DNA of 64,000 nucleotides, from NCBI GenBank assembly GCA_963717365.1, contig OY970327.1, forward strand, positions 991,752 through 1,055,751, written 5' to 3'. Below the pieces are notes generated by a model. The model was not told the origin of the DNA. It did not search any database and saw only the letters and a list, made by a program, of their open reading frames with translations. The stretch comes from Candidatus Saccharimonadia bacterium. GTDB lineage: Bacteria > Patescibacteriota > Saccharimonadia > Saccharimonadales > 2-12-FULL-41-12. This document shows, piece by piece, positions 62,694 to 64,000 of this stretch; the first letter of the stretch is position 1; every line of letters begins with the position of its first letter. Position numbers and translations under genes: made by a program.

Positions 62694-63341
62694 CTATATT
62701 CTTAGTAACAGTTTTTCGTTGCGCTCTAAGAACTCTTTGGCGTCTTGAATCATAGTAGTATCATCGTTAAAATCTTTGGCATCGGCTGACTGCGAGATAT
62801 ATAAATTATTATTAAATAATTCAAAATTATACGCTCGGCAGAAATCTACAAAATACGCCATATCTGCCGGGTCAAACAGCTGTAGTAACTCCAACTCATG
62901 GTCTTTAGTGCAATACATTGTTATGTGTTTAGAATAATTACCCTCAAGAGTTACGCGTGTTAAGTCCTTTCGTCCTTTGAGCTTGTCCAGACCTAGTATG
63001 TTTCCGCTCTTATCGCCAACAGCTACGACGTGTAAAGTTACCGGCTGGTTTAATAATATTAATACCATCGCTTTGCCGTAGGAGTTATTGCTAAGCAAAT
63101 ACGTATAGCCCGCGATTTGGGCAGCTTGACTAATGGCAATAGGTGAATCTGACAGTTCTGCACTAGATAAAACCGGCCCATCATTTCGAGTGGTCGTTAT
63201 TCGTCTGACTAATAATGTAAGCGGGTAAAATATTCGAAGCGGGCTCATAATTGTGTCATGGAGTACTGCGGTTACCATAATCCAAAACATTATGGCAATA
63301 GTTCCCATCCCAATCAGGACAATAAGTAAGTCAGGCGTCAT
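62694..63341 (-). CDS. Hypothetical membrane-anchored protein
   Basis: 215 aa. N-terminal helices LLIVLIGMGTIAIMFWIMVTAVL followed by a soluble domain. Confidence 0.5.
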   Translation of the reverse strand: MTPDLLIVLIGMGTIAIMFWIMVTAVLHDTIMSPLRIFYPLTLLVRRITTTRNDGPVLSSAELSDSPIAISQAAQIAGYTYLLSNNSYGKAMVLILLNQPVTLHVVAVGDKSGNILGLDKLKGRKDLTRVTLEGNYSKHITMYCTKDHELELLQLFDPADMAYFVDFCRAYNFELFNNNLYISQSADAKDFNDDTTMIQDAKEFLERNEKLLLRI

Positions 63342-63385
63342 TTAACTTAAGCATAACAAATTAAGAGTCTACTGCGATCTCTTAT

Positions 63386-63763
63386 CTAAGATTTGAGCCG
63401 GGATTTTACAGTCCTTGCAGCCCGGCGTTGAGCCAGGAAAGTTCTTAAGCCGGAAAGAGGTGTATCTGTTGTAACTGTTTTACTGTACACGGCGTTTTCA
63501 CCCACAAAACCTTTTACGGCATTGCATTGAGAATATTCTCCGGTAGGCTTCCCGCTAAACTCTCCAAGCCAAAGCACTCGGGTCGTTTTTGTAGAGACAA
63601 AACCCACTGGTGTCCGCAAGCCGTCACTGATGGGCATTGCATTAACGGCAAATACTTTTAAGGCCGCTTCATCATGATAAATAACAATTGGCTTGTCTAA
63701 GATTTCTGGACTGAAAGATCCGAGTGGATGCGTAAAGGGTGCTGCTAATGTTTCGTTGGTCAT
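63386..63763 (-). CDS. Hypothetical protein
   Basis: 125 aa, no family recognised. Confidence 0.45.
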   Translation of the reverse strand: MTNETLAAPFTHPLGSFSPEILDKPIVIYHDEAALKVFAVNAMPISDGLRTPVGFVSTKTTRVLWLGEFSGKPTGEYSQCNAVKGFVGENAVYSKTVTTDTPLSGLRTFLAQRRAARTVKSRLKS

Positions 63764-63835
63764 ATTGTATTCTTTCTATACATTATTAGTTGATGCGAAT
63801 TACTCGTAATAAAATACTTACTTTGTTATGTCTCT

Positions 63836-64000
63836 TTACATTCTGGAACCGATATCTTCAAACGTAATACTTTCCGGTAAGTAGGCAACCGGGCTAAGCT
63901 CTAAGTGAAAACCTCTTCTAGGGCCGGGAACACCACTTAATAGTTTTGCTTTATAGAGAGCGTTCAGGATATCAGCTGGTGTTATTGGTCTATGTAGACC
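63836..64000 (-). CDS. Hypothetical protein, partial (5' end beyond the right edge)
   Basis: Absent from the ORF track. The minus-strand frame reads ...GLHRPITPADILNALYKAKLLSGVPGPRRGFHLELSPVAYLPESITFEDIGSRM* with stop TAA at 63838..63836. Confidence 0.4.
   Translation of the reverse strand, partial: GLHRPITPADILNALYKAKLLSGVPGPRRGFHLELSPVAYLPESITFEDIGSRM

Overview
All calls below come from reading the sequence and the ORF track and recognising motifs by eye; no database search was run. The window is a densely coding bacterial chromosomal segment that uses the standard genetic code (UGA serves as a stop). GC looks mid-range by eye. I count about 80 CDS and one tRNA (tRNA-Met, CAT), and I see no rRNA and no CRISPR array. 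The gene content is consistent with a Patescibacteria/CPR genome, most like Saccharibacteria. That content includes ComEC next to a lamin-tail-domain surface protein, a bacterial-type AspRS lacking its GAD insertion, many membrane-anchored or secreted hypotheticals, few biosynthetic genes, and several families typical of Actinobacteria. The lineage assignment is inference. Both window edges cut genes that the ORF track omits: a Kef-type antiporter at 1..1502 (-) and an unknown ORF at 63836..64000 (-).

The core-like part holds aspS, mscS-like, Mur-ligase-like, dus, two ABC-2 exporters, an ftsB-like gene, comEC, purD, folE/folP and a DD-carboxypeptidase. The accessory part runs from about 23.7 to 36 kb.

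Most noteworthy observations:
1. A GC3-saturated 104-aa membrane-protein gene (25818..26132) sits between two copies of a duplicated divergent gene pair (alpha/beta-hydrolase-like plus TIKI/TraB/GumN-like). This suggests a recent import from a high-GC donor.
2. A large serine recombinase reads into the 3' end of tRNA-Met. Upstream cargo includes SRAP, a Y-family polymerase with a small coupled partner, and a basic-tailed S1 protease. This looks like an integrated element whose left end I could not define.
3. A three-gene putative DNA-uptake locus: a secreted DUF1524/HNH nuclease, a ComEC without its beta-lactamase-fold domain, and a double lamin-tail-domain protein with four 25-aa Cys-loop repeats.
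4. An A10 tract lies exactly where a -1 slip would fuse two ORFs (40373..40744 and the frame ending at 41838).
5. A 19-aa leader ORF with a strong SD plus a U7 terminator sits upstream of an AlkB-like / folE / folP / SET-domain operon.
6. A LysM-Rpf gene and a run of Actinobacteria-typical DUF genes are present.
7. purD has an N-terminus that aligns to canonical PurD only if translation starts at a CTG placed 1 nt after the upstream stop.
8. A TATAAT-N7-10-ATG (leaderless-type) start architecture recurs across the window.
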